From an uncultured Candidatus Saccharibacteria bacterium (GTDB lineage Bacteria; Patescibacteriota; Minisyncoccia; Phycocordibacterales; JAKAEA01), in NCBI GenBank assembly GCA_964532205.1, contig CAZHGQ010000003.1, positions 4,382 to 68,381 on the forward strand: a stretch of DNA of 64,000 nucleotides, read 5' to 3'. The stretch's first letter is position 1. Each line of letters opens with the position of its first letter. This document shows, one piece after another, positions 18,369 through 32,200 of this stretch. The position numbers and the translations under genes are program-made. The notes under the pieces are model-generated. The model was given only the letters and a program-made list of their open reading frames with translations. It was not told the DNA's origin and made no database searches.

Positions 18369-19703
18369 ATGCGAACAATGAGCACAATTCTCACGGTGCT
18401 ACTCCCAGTATTTTTTGGGCTCAGTTTAGCCGTGACACACGCACAGATTCAATCCTCGACAAACCCTGAGGTTATTTTGAGTGTGAAAGGTTGTAACAAT
18501 AACGGTATTTGTGAAGCCGGACTCGGCGAGGATTACTTGATTTGTCCGTTGGATTGTAGCGCACCCGCTACAACGACACCGCCAACCATACCACCACCGA
18601 CAGGGCATGGTGGTAATGGTCAGTTGTTGCCGGCGTTGTACATCACGTCTATCAATCTTGAACAGCATCAGACAAGTGTGAAGGTGACGTGGGAAACATC
18701 AAATACAACCATCTCAAGTATTTTTTGGGGTGCCTTGCCAGATTATGAAATTGGTTCAATTGGTGGCACAGTCTATACCAAAAAACACAGCGTGACCATT
18801 GATGATTTGTCACCAAACACTCGCTACTATCTGCGTATTGACGCCAAAGATTTATATGGACAGGTCATGCAATATTCAGCTTCTTTTTTGACTCTGCCAC
18901 TTTCAACTGATCAAGCACCAGCCAATCCAACATCTGTGACTGTTGCTCCAACTCATGACGGGTTGTTAATCACCTGGGTTAATCCAAGCTCACCAGGTTT
19001 TGATGGCGTGGTCGTTGTTCGCTCGCCGTACAATTTCCCACACGATCCAGCCGACGGCAAAGTTATTTATCAGGGTAGGGGAAGTTACACAACTGATCCA
19101 GAAGGTGTGAGCGATAAAAAATATTTTTATACCATTTTCAGTTACGATGCTCAGGGCCGCTTCTCATCCGGTGTAGTTTTCACAAATCAATTAGCTAGCA
19201 CGACTCCTGACGTGGGCACGCAGTTCGCATTCGATAATTTATTATTCATTCAAGATGGTAAACCACTTAAAATCGTCGACACCTCAGTTACTGCACTCAA
19301 CAGTAGCGACCTCGTTGTGCTCTTGCCAATTGAAAAAATTAATGTTCGAGTGCGAAATGCATTTTTGAGCGTTGAGACACCAACTGGCGTAAATCGCTAC
19401 CTGATGCGATATGTCGAACAGGATGGAGCCTACGAAACTAAGATTAATGCCTACCAATATCCGGTAATGCGATATCCGATTTCGGTACTTATTCAGAGTA
19501 TCAATGACACCTATTACAAGACCTCTGGAAACCTCTATATAGCCAATAGTGAGGTCATTAGGGTGGGTTATGGTCATTATCCAGTCATGGTATTTTACGG
19601 TCTCCTATTACTCATTCTCTTCCTCGGACTATTGGCGCTTTTCACCTGGATTATTAGACGAATCGCTCGTTTAATTGCCTGGTTTAGGAGGTCAAAATCA
19701 TAG
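18369..19703 (+). CDS. Secreted Cys-rich and FN3-like domain protein with a C-terminal TM anchor
   Basis: Signal peptide, then a CNNNGICEAG ... CPLDCS module, a Pro/Thr linker, an FN3-like segment VTVAPTHDGLLITWVNP, and the C-terminal anchor YGLLLLILFLGLLALFTWIIRRIARLIAWFRR. Confidence 0.5.
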   Translation: MRTMSTILTVLLPVFFGLSLAVTHAQIQSSTNPEVILSVKGCNNNGICEAGLGEDYLICPLDCSAPATTTPPTIPPPTGHGGNGQLLPALYITSINLEQHQTSVKVTWETSNTTISSIFWGALPDYEIGSIGGTVYTKKHSVTIDDLSPNTRYYLRIDAKDLYGQVMQYSASFLTLPLSTDQAPANPTSVTVAPTHDGLLITWVNPSSPGFDGVVVVRSPYNFPHDPADGKVIYQGRGSYTTDPEGVSDKKYFYTIFSYDAQGRFSSGVVFTNQLASTTPDVGTQFAFDNLLFIQDGKPLKIVDTSVTALNSSDLVVLLPIEKINVRVRNAFLSVETPTGVNRYLMRYVEQDGAYETKINAYQYPVMRYPISVLIQSINDTYYKTSGNLYIANSEVIRVGYGHYPVMVFYGLLLLILFLGLLALFTWIIRRIARLIAWFRRSKS

Positions 19704-19735
19704 TCTAAAATAGGTCAATTTTTTGCTCAAAAGCT

Positions 19736-19759
19736 TATCCACAGTGGATAGGTTTTTTT
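19736..19759 (+). terminator. Intrinsic terminator TATCCA-CAG-TGGATA followed by a 7-T run
   Basis: Read directly from the sequence, immediately after the 18369..19703 stop. Confidence 0.55.
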
Positions 19760-19863
19760 GAACGTAATTTTATGCCTCACATGATAAAATTAGGGCATAA
19801 AATAAGAGTATCTCGGATGAACGAGGCGGTCGAAAAAACCTCGGTAAACCGATATTTGTATAT

Positions 19864-20235
19864 ATGGAACACCTACATAAATTAATTTCACTTCGTGAGG
19901 CTTCAAACATCTCAGGTTATAACCCTGACTACCTTAGCTCACTCATTCGTTCAGGCAAAATCTACGGTAAAAAGATCGGCAAAAGCTGGTTAACTACCGA
20001 AGACGATATTAGAAAATATTTAAAGGCAAATGGCAACCAAGGTCGAATCTTCCGGGCTAAGTTTCCACGGGTGGCTAAAGTCGGGGCATTACTCCTAGCT
20101 GTGGCAGCATTCGTCGCTGTGACTGTACTGGGTTTTTATGCTGCGGTTTATCAGCGTGGGTATGACCAGGCCAAAAATACCGCTAATGCAAATCAACCAT
20201 TTCAAACATTAGACACCGATCCACTTCGTTATTAA
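19864..20235 (+). CDS. Small helix-turn-helix (excisionase/MerR-like HTH) protein with a C-terminal TM helix
   Basis: ISLREASNISGYNPDYLSSLIRSGKIYGKKIGKSWL is an HTH_17-like motif. It is followed by the hydrophobic segment VGALLLAVAAFVAVTVLGFYAAV. The gene lies 7 nt upstream of the giant gene. Confidence 0.5.
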   Translation: MEHLHKLISLREASNISGYNPDYLSSLIRSGKIYGKKIGKSWLTTEDDIRKYLKANGNQGRIFRAKFPRVAKVGALLLAVAAFVAVTVLGFYAAVYQRGYDQAKNTANANQPFQTLDTDPLRY

Positions 20236-20241
20236 TTTAGG

Positions 20242-23200
20242 ATGAGCGTTTTTCTTGTAAAAAAATCATATTCCCAAAAAATTGCTGCCATTCTGATCAC
20301 GTCAATCTTCACCCAACTCATTTCAGGTTTTTTGGCGCCTTCATACGCTCAGGCGGCTATTAACAAACAAATTAATTATCAGGGTAAACTCACTAACACT
20401 TCAAATGTTGCGGTTACTGATGGTAGCTACAACATGCGATTCAAACTCTACACCTCACTCACTGGTGGTGTGGCAATTTGGACAGAAGATAATTTGGTTA
20501 CAAACGGTCAGGGTGTTCCAGTTACAAACGGTCTCTTCAGTATCATGCTTGGTTCGACAACTGCACTCACGGGTGTTGATTTCAATCAAACACTGTATCT
20601 CGGTGTGACTATCGGTGGCACAAGTGGTACACCGAGCTGGGATAGTGAAATGTCACCACGCAAAATTTTGGGTGCTGTGCCTGCGGCTATGATCGCCGAT
20701 ACATTGCAGGGCTATAATGCGACACAATTCATTCGTTCAGATGCGGCCAACTCAACCTCGACTTCAAACACCTATCTTTCAATTGCTAATACCGGTGCTG
20801 GTAAAGTGGCTGAATTCTTTGGGGCGAGCTCAAATTCTGTTCTGAGTATTTTATCTGGTGGTAATGTGGGTATCGGAACTACAACGCCGGGGTCAAAGTT
20901 ACAAATTGCTGCTGATCAGGCGGGGTTGGCCGACCGCATGCAGGTTACGATCACTGGCGCCACAAATCCTCTAAAAGGGTTAACACTTGGATACGACACG
21001 ACAAATAATATTGGCCACATATATTCTCGTATTGCAGGTTCTGGTCCTTCGGCACTGAGTTTCAACAACGGTCAATTGTACGTAGCTTCTGGAGGAAATG
21101 TGAGCATTGGTACTACATCTCCTTCTACAAAATTACACGTGGTTGGCACAAGCGAGCAGCTCCGACTTGGTTACGATCTGACTAACTACGGAAGCTTCAC
21201 CGTTGCAAGCAACGGTATCATGACTATTCAACCAACGTCCTCACTTTTATTACGTGCAGCCGGCGGTAACTCAGTTCAGCTTGGTATCGCTTCAACAAAC
21301 TATTTTTCATTGAGTAGTTTATATGCCACCTTCTCAACCGTTAGTGTCGGTATTGGTAGTACAACACCAGCTGCACTACTTTCAGTTGCTGGTAACACAT
21401 ACCTCACCGGTGGCTTAGGTGTTGGTACACTGAACACTTCAGCTGGCACACTTGTTACAAGTGGCGGCGCAACAATTGGCGGTTACACTTCAATTTCAAT
21501 CAATGCTGATGCCACATCTGCTAATCAGCAAGTTTTGACAGTGGCGAATAATTTTACAGGTCAAAATGTTGCTTATAATTTTGCGCTTGATAGTTCAAAA
21601 CGTCTTCACTTAAATGGTCAGTCAGGCGGTTCTGCTTTTATGTTCGATAGTAGTGGTGGTGTGAACCGTTTCATTATCCAAAACAATGGTTACGTGGGTA
21701 TTGGTAATAGTGGGCCAGGATATCCATTGGATATTGGTATCGGTGCTGACGCAACAGCTAAGACAGCTGACTTCAGAACATTAAATATTTCTAACACCGC
21801 TACTTCATCATCAAGTTTTACAAAATCGGGCATTCAAATTTCTTCAACTGGTTCATGGACTGGTTCAAATATCGGTTTGTATATCTCCTCAGTTACTGGT
21901 GGTACAAATAATTACGATGCAATTTTTAACGGTGGTGGTAATGTCGGTATTGGTACCACATCACCAGCCACAACTCTCAGTGTCACAGGTAGTGGTTATT
22001 TTACAGGTGGTCTAGGTGTTGGTGTACTCAATACAACGACGGGTACATTACAAACCGCTTCTACTGCAACGTTTGGCGGGCGAGTAATTATAAACACAAC
22101 ACTTACAGATGCGGATTCGGGCAGTCCTGCGATCGATGTAAATGGTGCTCTTTTAAGGATTGGTGATGGTGCTGGTGGTCAGGTATTTGCCAATGGAGTT
22201 GGTATTAAATTTCATGATGGTGGTGTATCTCATGCAAGCATTAAGTATATTTCTGGTTCAAATAACGCAGAGCGCATTGATTTTTGTGGTTCGTCGTCAA
22301 GTGCAAACTTGGCATGTAGTTCAGTGCCAATTTTAAGCATCAGTAATCTTAATAGTGCGGGGGGTGGGAAAATAAGTGTTGGTACAACGAGTGTTTCAAC
22401 ACGTTTCTCTGTTGCTGTAACCGATGACACTGTTGGTATTCAGCAAATCAATAATGCTGGTAACACCACATTCCGCATTCGTAATGCTGGCACTCAAGCT
22501 CGCGGTGAATTGTATTTGGATGATAACGGTTCAAATAAAATTTTCTTCACCGCCAATGGCAGTTCATATTTTAATGGTGGTAGTTTGGGTATTGGCACCA
22601 CCTCACCTTGGAAAGCTCTCTCTGTCTCAGGTGACATGGTCCTCACCGGTGGTCTCTTCGACTCACTCTCGTCGGCTGGTTCAAATGGTATGGTGCTCCA
22701 GTCGACAGGTTCAGCTACAAAATGGGTGGCCACATCAACGTTAGGTTTTGCTTCTGCTACACAAATCGGTTCAGGTCTTCAGGGTCAGATACCGTTCTAC
22801 AACGCTAATGGTTCCAACTTAACCGCAACCTCATCTCTGTTTATTGCGCAGAGTAGTTTTGTTGGGATCGGCACCACTTCACCAGCTTCACTCCTTGCCC
22901 TCGAAGGTACGGGTCAATATTTATTTGATGCCAAAACAACAACTTCAGGTTTCAACGGTCACGTCCGAGTCGAATCTGGTGGTAATGGTACGTACTACAC
23001 TACCGCCTCAGCAGTTTTAACTCTTTCAAATTACACCGACACGCTAAAGTATCGACAATATGTTACTAATGGTAGTAACTTTGTTCTCGAAAATCCTTAT
23101 GGTGGTGCAGTATTGGCAAACGGTGGTTCTTCAAACAATTACACCAGTATTGGTACTTCAACCATCAGTGCTACCACCGCACGTTTGTGGGTAGTGGGCA

Positions 23201-26200
23201 TTGGTAACACGGCAACAACACCAGTTTTTCAAACAAGTGGTGTGAACGGTACGGTTAACTTTACTGTTCAGGGTGATGGTACAGTGGGTATTGGCACAAC
23301 ATCACCATATGCCAAACTTTCAATTGAAAACTCAAATGCAGGCGCAACAGTTGGTGAAGTCATTCATTTAACAACCGGTCACACTGGTTCTACCGTTCTT
23401 GAGCTTCGAACTGCTGGTACTGACAGTGGTAGAAATTTGTTAACTGGTTTTCGTTCAAGCACGGTTAAGACCGTACAAATAGATGCCATGGGTGGTATTA
23501 CGCAATATGACGCTTCAAGTAATATTCGAACATCGTTAAACGGTGGGGAAATAGGAGTTAATTATTTTTTGGATAAAGTTGGCATTGGCACCACATCACC
23601 AACTCATAAATTATTAGTGAGTTCAACTTCGCATAATGATATTTTTGCTCTAGAGCGTATTAGTGCGACACAAGGTAATCGATTTGATTTTAGAATTACC
23701 GCCGATCCAAATGGTGCTAATAATTTAGCCGCACGCTCACTGACAATTATGGCCAACACCTCTGCGGCAGATATTGCTTTGTTGGCTGATCCGGCGGTAA
23801 CAAGTCCACAGTTTGTTTTGAAGGCGAGCGGCAACGTTGGTATCGGCACCACAACTCCAGGCGCAAAACTTTCAATTGCTGGATCAGCTGGTGGCACAAC
23901 ACCGTTGTTTGCAATTTCGACTTCAACATCAGGTTTTGCCACAAACACTGCTTTTTATGTAAACTCAAATGGTTATGTTGGTATCAATGCCACAAACTTG
24001 TCTGATATCTTCACGGTCGGTGGCACAATTTCAAACTTTAGTATTGGCACAAACGGTGGGGTAAAGATTGGTTTCTTATCACAGTTGGTTAATGCCAACA
24101 GTCAGCGATTTACGAACTTTGCCGGCTCAGCCGCAGCTCCTGCGCTCAGTGCCAATGATTCTGGAAACAACACTGGTATTTTCTTTAATACATCATCAGA
24201 TACAATTGGTTTTTCAATCAATGGTAGTGAGGCTGGGCGATTTGATTCAACTGGATACTTTGGAATTGGTACTACATCACCATTTAGTACGCTTTCGGTT
24301 ACTGGCAACGCGTATATTGCAGGTAATCTTACTGCCACTGGCACATTGGCCATAACAAGCAGTGCTACATTCGCCGGCGGCACAATTGTTCTTAATGCTG
24401 ACGGAAGTGCGTCGTTCGCAAATGGTGGTGTTGTGTTAAATACCGATGGTACGATACAAGGATCAAATCTAGATCTTGGAGATGTGGGCTCAATGATTAC
24501 TGCAGCGGGTGCACAATTTGCTTATGGCACTGATCCGACCACACTCGATTACGGTATCAAACTGCTCGATACGGGTGCAATATATGTTTCAAATCAAATC
24601 GAGTTTAATGAATCTGCGGGGTATACCTATATCCGTGCTTCAGGTAGTTCTGTAAGCAATACAGATATACTTACTCTTGGAACTGGACACGGAGGACTTA
24701 ACATTTCAGATGGCGATTTAAACACAGAATATTTTTCAGTTCTCGGTTCTGGTAAAAGTAATCCCGGGTTTATAGGTATTGGCACCACAACCCCATGGAA
24801 AAAATTGTCTATAAGTGGCGACATGGTCCTCACCGGTGGTCTCTTTGACTCACTCTCATCAGCTGGTTCAAATGGTATGGTGCTCCAGTCGACAGGTTCA
24901 GCGACAAGGTGGGTGGCGACATCGACACTTGGTCTCAATGCAAGTCTCGTGGGTACAACAGGTCAAGTTGCATATTTTGATGGTACAAACTCAACGGTTG
25001 GTACATCCTCTATATATATAGGTACATCTGGCCGTGTAGCAATTGGTACAACAACTTTGACTGCAACCGGTTTAACTGTTGTTGGTACCGTGGGCACAGT
25101 CTTTGGTACATATTCAACTGCCAATGTGCCCATCATTACTATTTCAAATGGCAACAGTGAAGCTACACCAGTTGCAAGTATTAACGGCACCAACAGCGGT
25201 GTGACGCTTTACTCAAACTCAGCAACCGCGATGTCATTTAATGTGGGTTCGGCCGCTTCAACGGCTGGTTGGGTTTTCACCAACATGCAGCACGCATTAG
25301 TAAACCGCAGCGTAACCTCAATCACTAATAATGGTTATATTGGTATTGGTACGACAACCCCATATGCTCGTTTAGCAATTTCTGGTAATTCTGCATATAC
25401 ATACACACCAACACTTTTTGCGATTTCATCTTCAACAGCGGCTTTTGCTACAACAACGCATTTTGTAGTGAATGCTGATGGTAAGGTTGGCATTGGTAAC
25501 GATGCGCCATTTTACGCATTAGATGCACGATCGGCGGTAAGTGGTGGCACAATGCTTGTTTGGTCACGCGCTTCGGGATCAACAAACAATAGTGGTATTT
25601 TGATCTCAGCGGCTGACAATTCAGTGACTACAAACAATTATCACAAAGGTGGTATTTTCTTCCAGGGTGATAATACTGGTTTTGGACGTGGTAGTTTGTA
25701 TTTGGTAAATAACGGTACAGGTGATAGTTCCGTGGCAACAGTGGCTGATGCCAAGTTAACAATAAATAGTAGTGGATATGTCGGTATCGGCACCACAACT
25801 CCCGCAACTCGTTTGCAAATAGGGGATCTCAATGGTCAGTATGTGCAGGAGGATAATTCCGATGCTGGTTTCACAATTGGCTACAATAGTGCTGCCAGAA
25901 TACAACTTGCCCGCAATGCCTCAAGTATTTTCGGTGCTGCTTACGCTGCGGTAAACGGTGACGCTGGTATTAAGATCGGTCGAAATGGTGCATACAGTTA
26001 TATTGTCGGTGGTTCAAATCTTTTACTTAACCCTGTAGCCGGCAATGTCGGTATCGGCACCACCTCACCATTTGCTCAATTATCTATCGGCGGAGCAGTG
26101 GGCGGCACAGCAAATTTATTTGCCATCTCAACATCATCTGCGGCATACGCCACCTCAACGGTGTTTGTAATTAATTCTGCTGGTAATGTAACTCTACCTG

Positions 26201-29200
26201 TATCAACACAAACATTTGGTATTGGTGGGGGTACATTGACACAAGGTTCACAATCTAACTCACTAAAAATAAATAACCGCGCAGAAATTGGCGGCTCACT
26301 GGCAATTGGTACCACACTCAACAGTGATTATATGGTCAACATTCTGAATGCTAACTCTGGCAACAAAGTTGCTTTGAGAATTATGGGTATTAGTGGTACG
26401 GCTGATGGTGATTTCATCAAGATATATAGTCAGAACGGTTATACTGCCGGTAAAAATGTATTCAATGTCGACAATCGCGGTAATTTAATAATCGGTGCCT
26501 ATGATGCGATTGATGATCACTCAACTGTACGTAAGGCATTGGTAGATTTGCGACCAATTCTTTCAAGTGATGTTGGACTTACTATCACTGCAACATCGAC
26601 GCAAAATGCTCCACTGTTTGCTTTGTTAAGTTCTGCCGGAGCAACCACTTCTGTCTTTACATCAGCTGGCTGGCTTGGTATTGGTACTACAAGTCCGGCC
26701 GCAAAAATTCACTTAACAACCGCTCTATCGGGTGTAACACCAAATGCAGATGCCGATGAATTCTTTATTGAAAATTCTGGAAACACAGGTTTGACTATTG
26801 GTTCTGGTGTAACTGGTACAGGGAATATTTATTTTGGAGATAGTGGCGCTGCTACTCAGGGCCGAATAACCTACAATCATACAGATGACTATCTTTCTAC
26901 ATATGTAAATAACACTGAAATAACTCGCCAAACTGGTACCGGAGTTTTTAATGTTTTAACAAAACTTACTGTTGGTGTTGGTCTGGGTTCTGGTACTGGT
27001 GTTACAACAATGTATGTAAGTAACGCTGCTTTAGGTGATGTTATTGGTATAACCCTAAAAGGATATGCCGGCCAAACTGTTAATTTACAGGAGTGGCAGA
27101 ATTCATCCGGAACCGCATTGGCTGCAGTAACAGCAAACGGTTCAATCGTTGTTGGTTCAAACAAGATTTTTCTTACGGCCAGTGGCGATTCTTTCTTTGA
27201 TGGTGGTAGTGTGGGTGTTGGCACAACAACGCCTGGTGGAAAATTACACATTCTTGGAACCACAGAGCAACTCAGACTAGGTTACGATGCTTCAAATTAT
27301 TTCTCAACAACCCTTGGTTCAAGTGGTAATGTGACCTGGGATGCTGTCGGAGCTGGTGCATCGTTTACTCTCAATGATGCATTAACTATTAACGCCAATG
27401 CTGGACTAAGCATTAAATATGCTGGTGTTGAAGTTTTGAAAACGACTAAAGGCACGGTGGGTAGTAGGAGTGTTGGTTTGTTTTTGGATAATAAATGGGA
27501 TCAGTCTTGGACACCAATGGTAGTGCGTGGCCATGCCGCTCAGACTGCAGATTTACTTGATTTTATGGATGGTAGTAACAATATTTTGACAAGTATTACC
27601 TCAGCTGGCTGGCTTGGTATTGGTACCAGCTCGCCATATCAAAATCTTTCTGTTGTTGGAAATTCAATGGTTACAGGTACGTCATACTTTATTACTAGTG
27701 GTACATACCTTACCAACTCAGGAAGTGGTCCGCAATTAATGTTGGACAGCGCACGAAATGCATATGTTATGGCTGAAACTTCAGGTAGTTCACTTGAGCT
27801 TAATGCTAACGGTGGCATAACATTTAAAGATAGTGGTACTGTTGGTATGCGTTTGGGTCCTACAAGTGGTGGTATTTCTATTGGTAGCGGTTATGCTTCA
27901 ACAGATCCAGGAAATGGTAGTTTGATATTGTCTGGTAGTTTGGGGATCGGCACCACCTCACCTTGGAAAACTCTCTCAGTCTCAGGTGACATGGTCCTCA
28001 CCGGTGGCCTCTTCGACTCACTCTCATCAGCTGGTTCAAATGGCTATGTTCTTCAGTCAACGGGCTCAGCTACAAAGTGGGTAGCAACTTCGACACTTGG
28101 CTTTGCTTCTGCTACACAGATTGGCTCAGGTCTTCAGGGTCAGATACCGTTCTACAACGCTAATGGTACAGATCTTACAGCAACCTCATCTCTCTTTATT
28201 TCACAAAGTGGCAAAATTGGAATTGGTACAACATCACCAACAGAACTTCTGAGTCTTTCTGGTGGCAATATGAATCTTCAAATTCATAATACCAATGCCA
28301 CACTTAACACCTCTGGTTGGTTCTTGTCTGAAGGGCGTCCTGGTTGTTTCGACGGTTACTTCATGATTGCCACAAGCTCGGCATGTACTGCTACTCCAGC
28401 GTTTTCAATCAGCAACAGCGGTGCTGTGAACTTTGGACTTGGCGTAAGTGTTACAGATGGTCAGGGTTTTAACTCAGGTTCGAGTGGTTCGTTGGCATTC
28501 TACAAACCATTTACAGGTACAACAGAAGGTCAGTTGTATTTCCGTGGTGCAACAAGTGCTGATGCAATCTTTACGGTCCGTGGTTACTATCATAACGGTT
28601 CATGGAATCAGCAGGATATTATGACGTGGCGTGGTGGTACAGCTGGTGCTCGTGTTGGTATCGCTTCGTCAACACCGTGGGGTATGTTGTCTGTGAATCC
28701 CAACGGTATTTCCGGTCCGGCATTTGTAGTCGGTTCTTCTACAGCAACTAATTTAATTGTCACAAATGGTGGAAAGGTTGGTGTCGGTCTTACCAACCCA
28801 ACATCACTCCTAGAAGTCAACGGTTCATTCTCAGCTGTAACGTCAAACATCGGTACGGCACAGGGTACTGTTATCACTGCAAACACAAACTTCCGTGTCT
28901 ATTCATCATACGAAGGCACTGAAACAGCTAACATTGCAGAATACTCAGGCTACTTTGCTTCAGCATACTCGAAAAGGTTTGAGTACAATGCTACCGGTAT
29001 TGGTTTTTATGGTGCTACTCCGATTGCAAAACCAAGTTCAACAACTGATCTTCGACAGGCGCTGATTAACCTTGGACTCTACACCACAGGCGGTGCTACT
29101 CCTCTTAACTTAAATGGGGGAACGTTGTTGTCGGGTACTGCTGGGGTGGGTACATCGACTCCATGGAAAACTCTCTCAGTCTCAGGTGACATGGTCCTCA

Positions 29201-32200
29201 CCGGTGGTCTCTTCGACTCACTCTCATCAGCTGGTTCAAATGGTATGGTGCTCCAGTCGACAGGTTCAGCGACAAAGTGGGTAGCGACTTCAACGCTGGG
29301 TCTTGCTTCTACGCTTGTTGGTACAACTGGTCAAGTTGCATATTTTAACGGCACAAATTCAACAATCGGCACCTCATCAATCTCCATTGGTACTAATGGA
29401 TATGTTGGTGTCGGCACAAGCACGCCACTTTTCAAATTACATATTTCAGATGAAACATCTGCACCAATAGTTGCGATTCAGGGTGTATTCAATAGTGATG
29501 CAATTAGTCCAAAATTGTTTTTGGGTGAAAATTCGAATACAGGTTTCGGTATTCAATATCTCGGTTCAGCAAATCGATTCGACATCTTTAGTATGAATAA
29601 TGGCGCGTGGGCTGTGAACGAAACACCACGTCTATCTATTGCTCGAGATTCTGGCTATGTTGGTATTGGTACAACATCGCCGGGGTATATGCTCTCAGTT
29701 ACTGGCAGTATGTCAGCAGATAATGTTATTGCTTCATACTTCACCTCAACCTCAACAAATGCCACATCAACATTTAAAGGAAATATTATTGGCGGCTATA
29801 CAAATAACGTCTACGCAAGTAATTACTCTATCGCTGTCGGTGATGCCTCAACGGGCGCTGGTTACACATTAGCGGCATCAGGCAATGGTTCGGCCGCCTT
29901 CGGTCGTGTGGTGCCTGTTATTGGATCAGGTGGTGTAATTAGGGCTTCGGGTTCAGGTTCATTTGCAACAGGTGATATAGTTTCTATTACTGGTACTCCA
30001 ACAATCTTGGCTTCAGGTGGTGGTGCTGTTGCTCACGGTCACAACGAAGGTAGTGGTGCGATCACTGCCTCAGGTTCAGGTTCATTTGCAATTGGTTATT
30101 TAAATACTAATAGCATTACCGCTTCAAACACCGGCTCATTTGCCGGCGGTACTGGCGCAAGTGGTAATGTGGTATCGTCTGGCGCTGGCTCATTTGCTTG
30201 GGGTACAAATATTACCGCTTCAAATAGTTATAGTATTGCCTTTGGTTCAGGTTATACCAACGGTACTGCTAGTACGTTCCAGGTTGGCTTCTCATCAACA
30301 CCAACACTGACTGTTAATAGTACATCCGTTGGTATCGGTACTACCACACCATGGAAAAATCTTTCAGTTACAGGTGATATGGTTTTAACTGGTCGCTACT
30401 ATGACTCACTCTCATCAGCTGGTTCAAATGGCTATGTTCTTCAGTCAACGGGCTCAGCTACAAAATGGGTAGCAACATCGACGTTAGGTTTTCTATCATC
30501 GAGTGTGGTCTCAGGTCTTGGCACAAACTATATACCTAAGTGGAATGGTTCAGCATTTGCCGAAAGTCAGTTTTATGACAACGGTTCAAGTGTGGGTCTG
30601 CAAATGACTTCGCCACTACACACCCTAGATATCGGTTACTCTGGATCATATGGTGGATATATGCAGGGTGAAGCAGGTATCTTGGCTATGGGTGAGAGTC
30701 AGATGTCGCTCGGCGCATACGACCCCTTTTCTTCTCCAGTTAACCTGTTAACCCTCAACGGAACCGGCTTGGTCAGCGTAGTTAATGCTGATATGGAACT
30801 CGATGCTGGCCGACGAATGTATTACCGTGGTACCGATCATAATGGCTCTCTGTATTATGCTGGGGAAGGTCCATTTGCCGGCGCTCTTATTTTTGAATCA
30901 TATCCAAGTAATAACGATGGTTGGTTGTTCAAGAATCAAAATGGTGTAAGCATTTTGACACTTAGTGCCGGTGATACAGGTCAGACATTATACACTCCAG
31001 CAAATGTTGGTTTGGGTACCACAACTCCATGGAAAAAACTGTCTATAAGTGGCGACATGGTCCTTACTGGCGGTCTCTTCGATTCACTCTCATCAGCTGG
31101 TTCAAATGGCTATGTTCTTCAGTCAACGGGCTCAGCTACAAAATGGGTAGCAACATCAACGCTAGGTATTACCGCAAGTCTCACCGGTACAACAGGTCAG
31201 GTGGCCTACTTTAATGGTACCAACTCAGCTATTGGTACTTCATCTTTGTTCTTGGCAACGAGTGGTAACGTTGGGGTCGGCACAACATCACCATACGCCA
31301 CACTCTCAATAAACAAATCATCCGCCGCAAACTATGACCGTGTTATTAGTGCAAATATTGCTGGTAAAGAAGTCTTTGGTGTTGGACAGTATGATGCCTC
31401 GTCAAATTCTGCCTTTTACTTTGGTTCATCTGACGGTGTTTCAAATCCATATGTCCGTCTATTTGCTGGTCCAGCTGGCGGTGGAACACTAAGTTTCAAC
31501 GCGTATTTCACCTACTTTAACAGCTCGGCTGGCACGCAGTTTACTGGTGGCCCTGCACAATGGCAGGAAACGGGAACACCGACATCTGCTGCAACTCAGA
31601 AATCATCAAACATAATTGAGTTCAGGTCTGGTGTGTGGAATGGTTCAACAAATGGAAATCATATTCATCAAATTTACAACGCTGTTTCAACAACGGTGAA
31701 CTTACAGGACCGAATAGCGTTTAACTTAAACCGAGCAAATCAGATGGGCGGTACTTCATACGAGGCAATGTCTATCATGTATGACGGTGTAGCAAGTGGT
31801 CGAGTAGGAATTGGATCAACTACGCCATGGGCAAAGTTGTCGGTGAGCGCAATTGCTGCTGATGGTTCAGCGCCGTTGTTTGCGATTGGTTCTTCAACCG
31901 CAACGCAATTTATGATTGACAATACTGGCAAAGTTGGCATCGGTACAACATCGCCATACGCTACACTTTCACTCGGTGCGCCAGCAGGAAGTGAAATGTT
32001 TGCAATAGGTTCTTCAACAACGCCATTTAAGATAGATAAACAGGGAAAGGTAATTATTCGAGCATTGGCGGCGACGGACGGTGTTGGAACTAACGCTCCA
32101 TTCCAAGTACAAAACGAAGGTGGTACGGTCATTGCCTATATCCGTCAAGATGGCGGTATGTATAGTACCTTTATGTCTACAGCGGACAATGCTACGGCTG

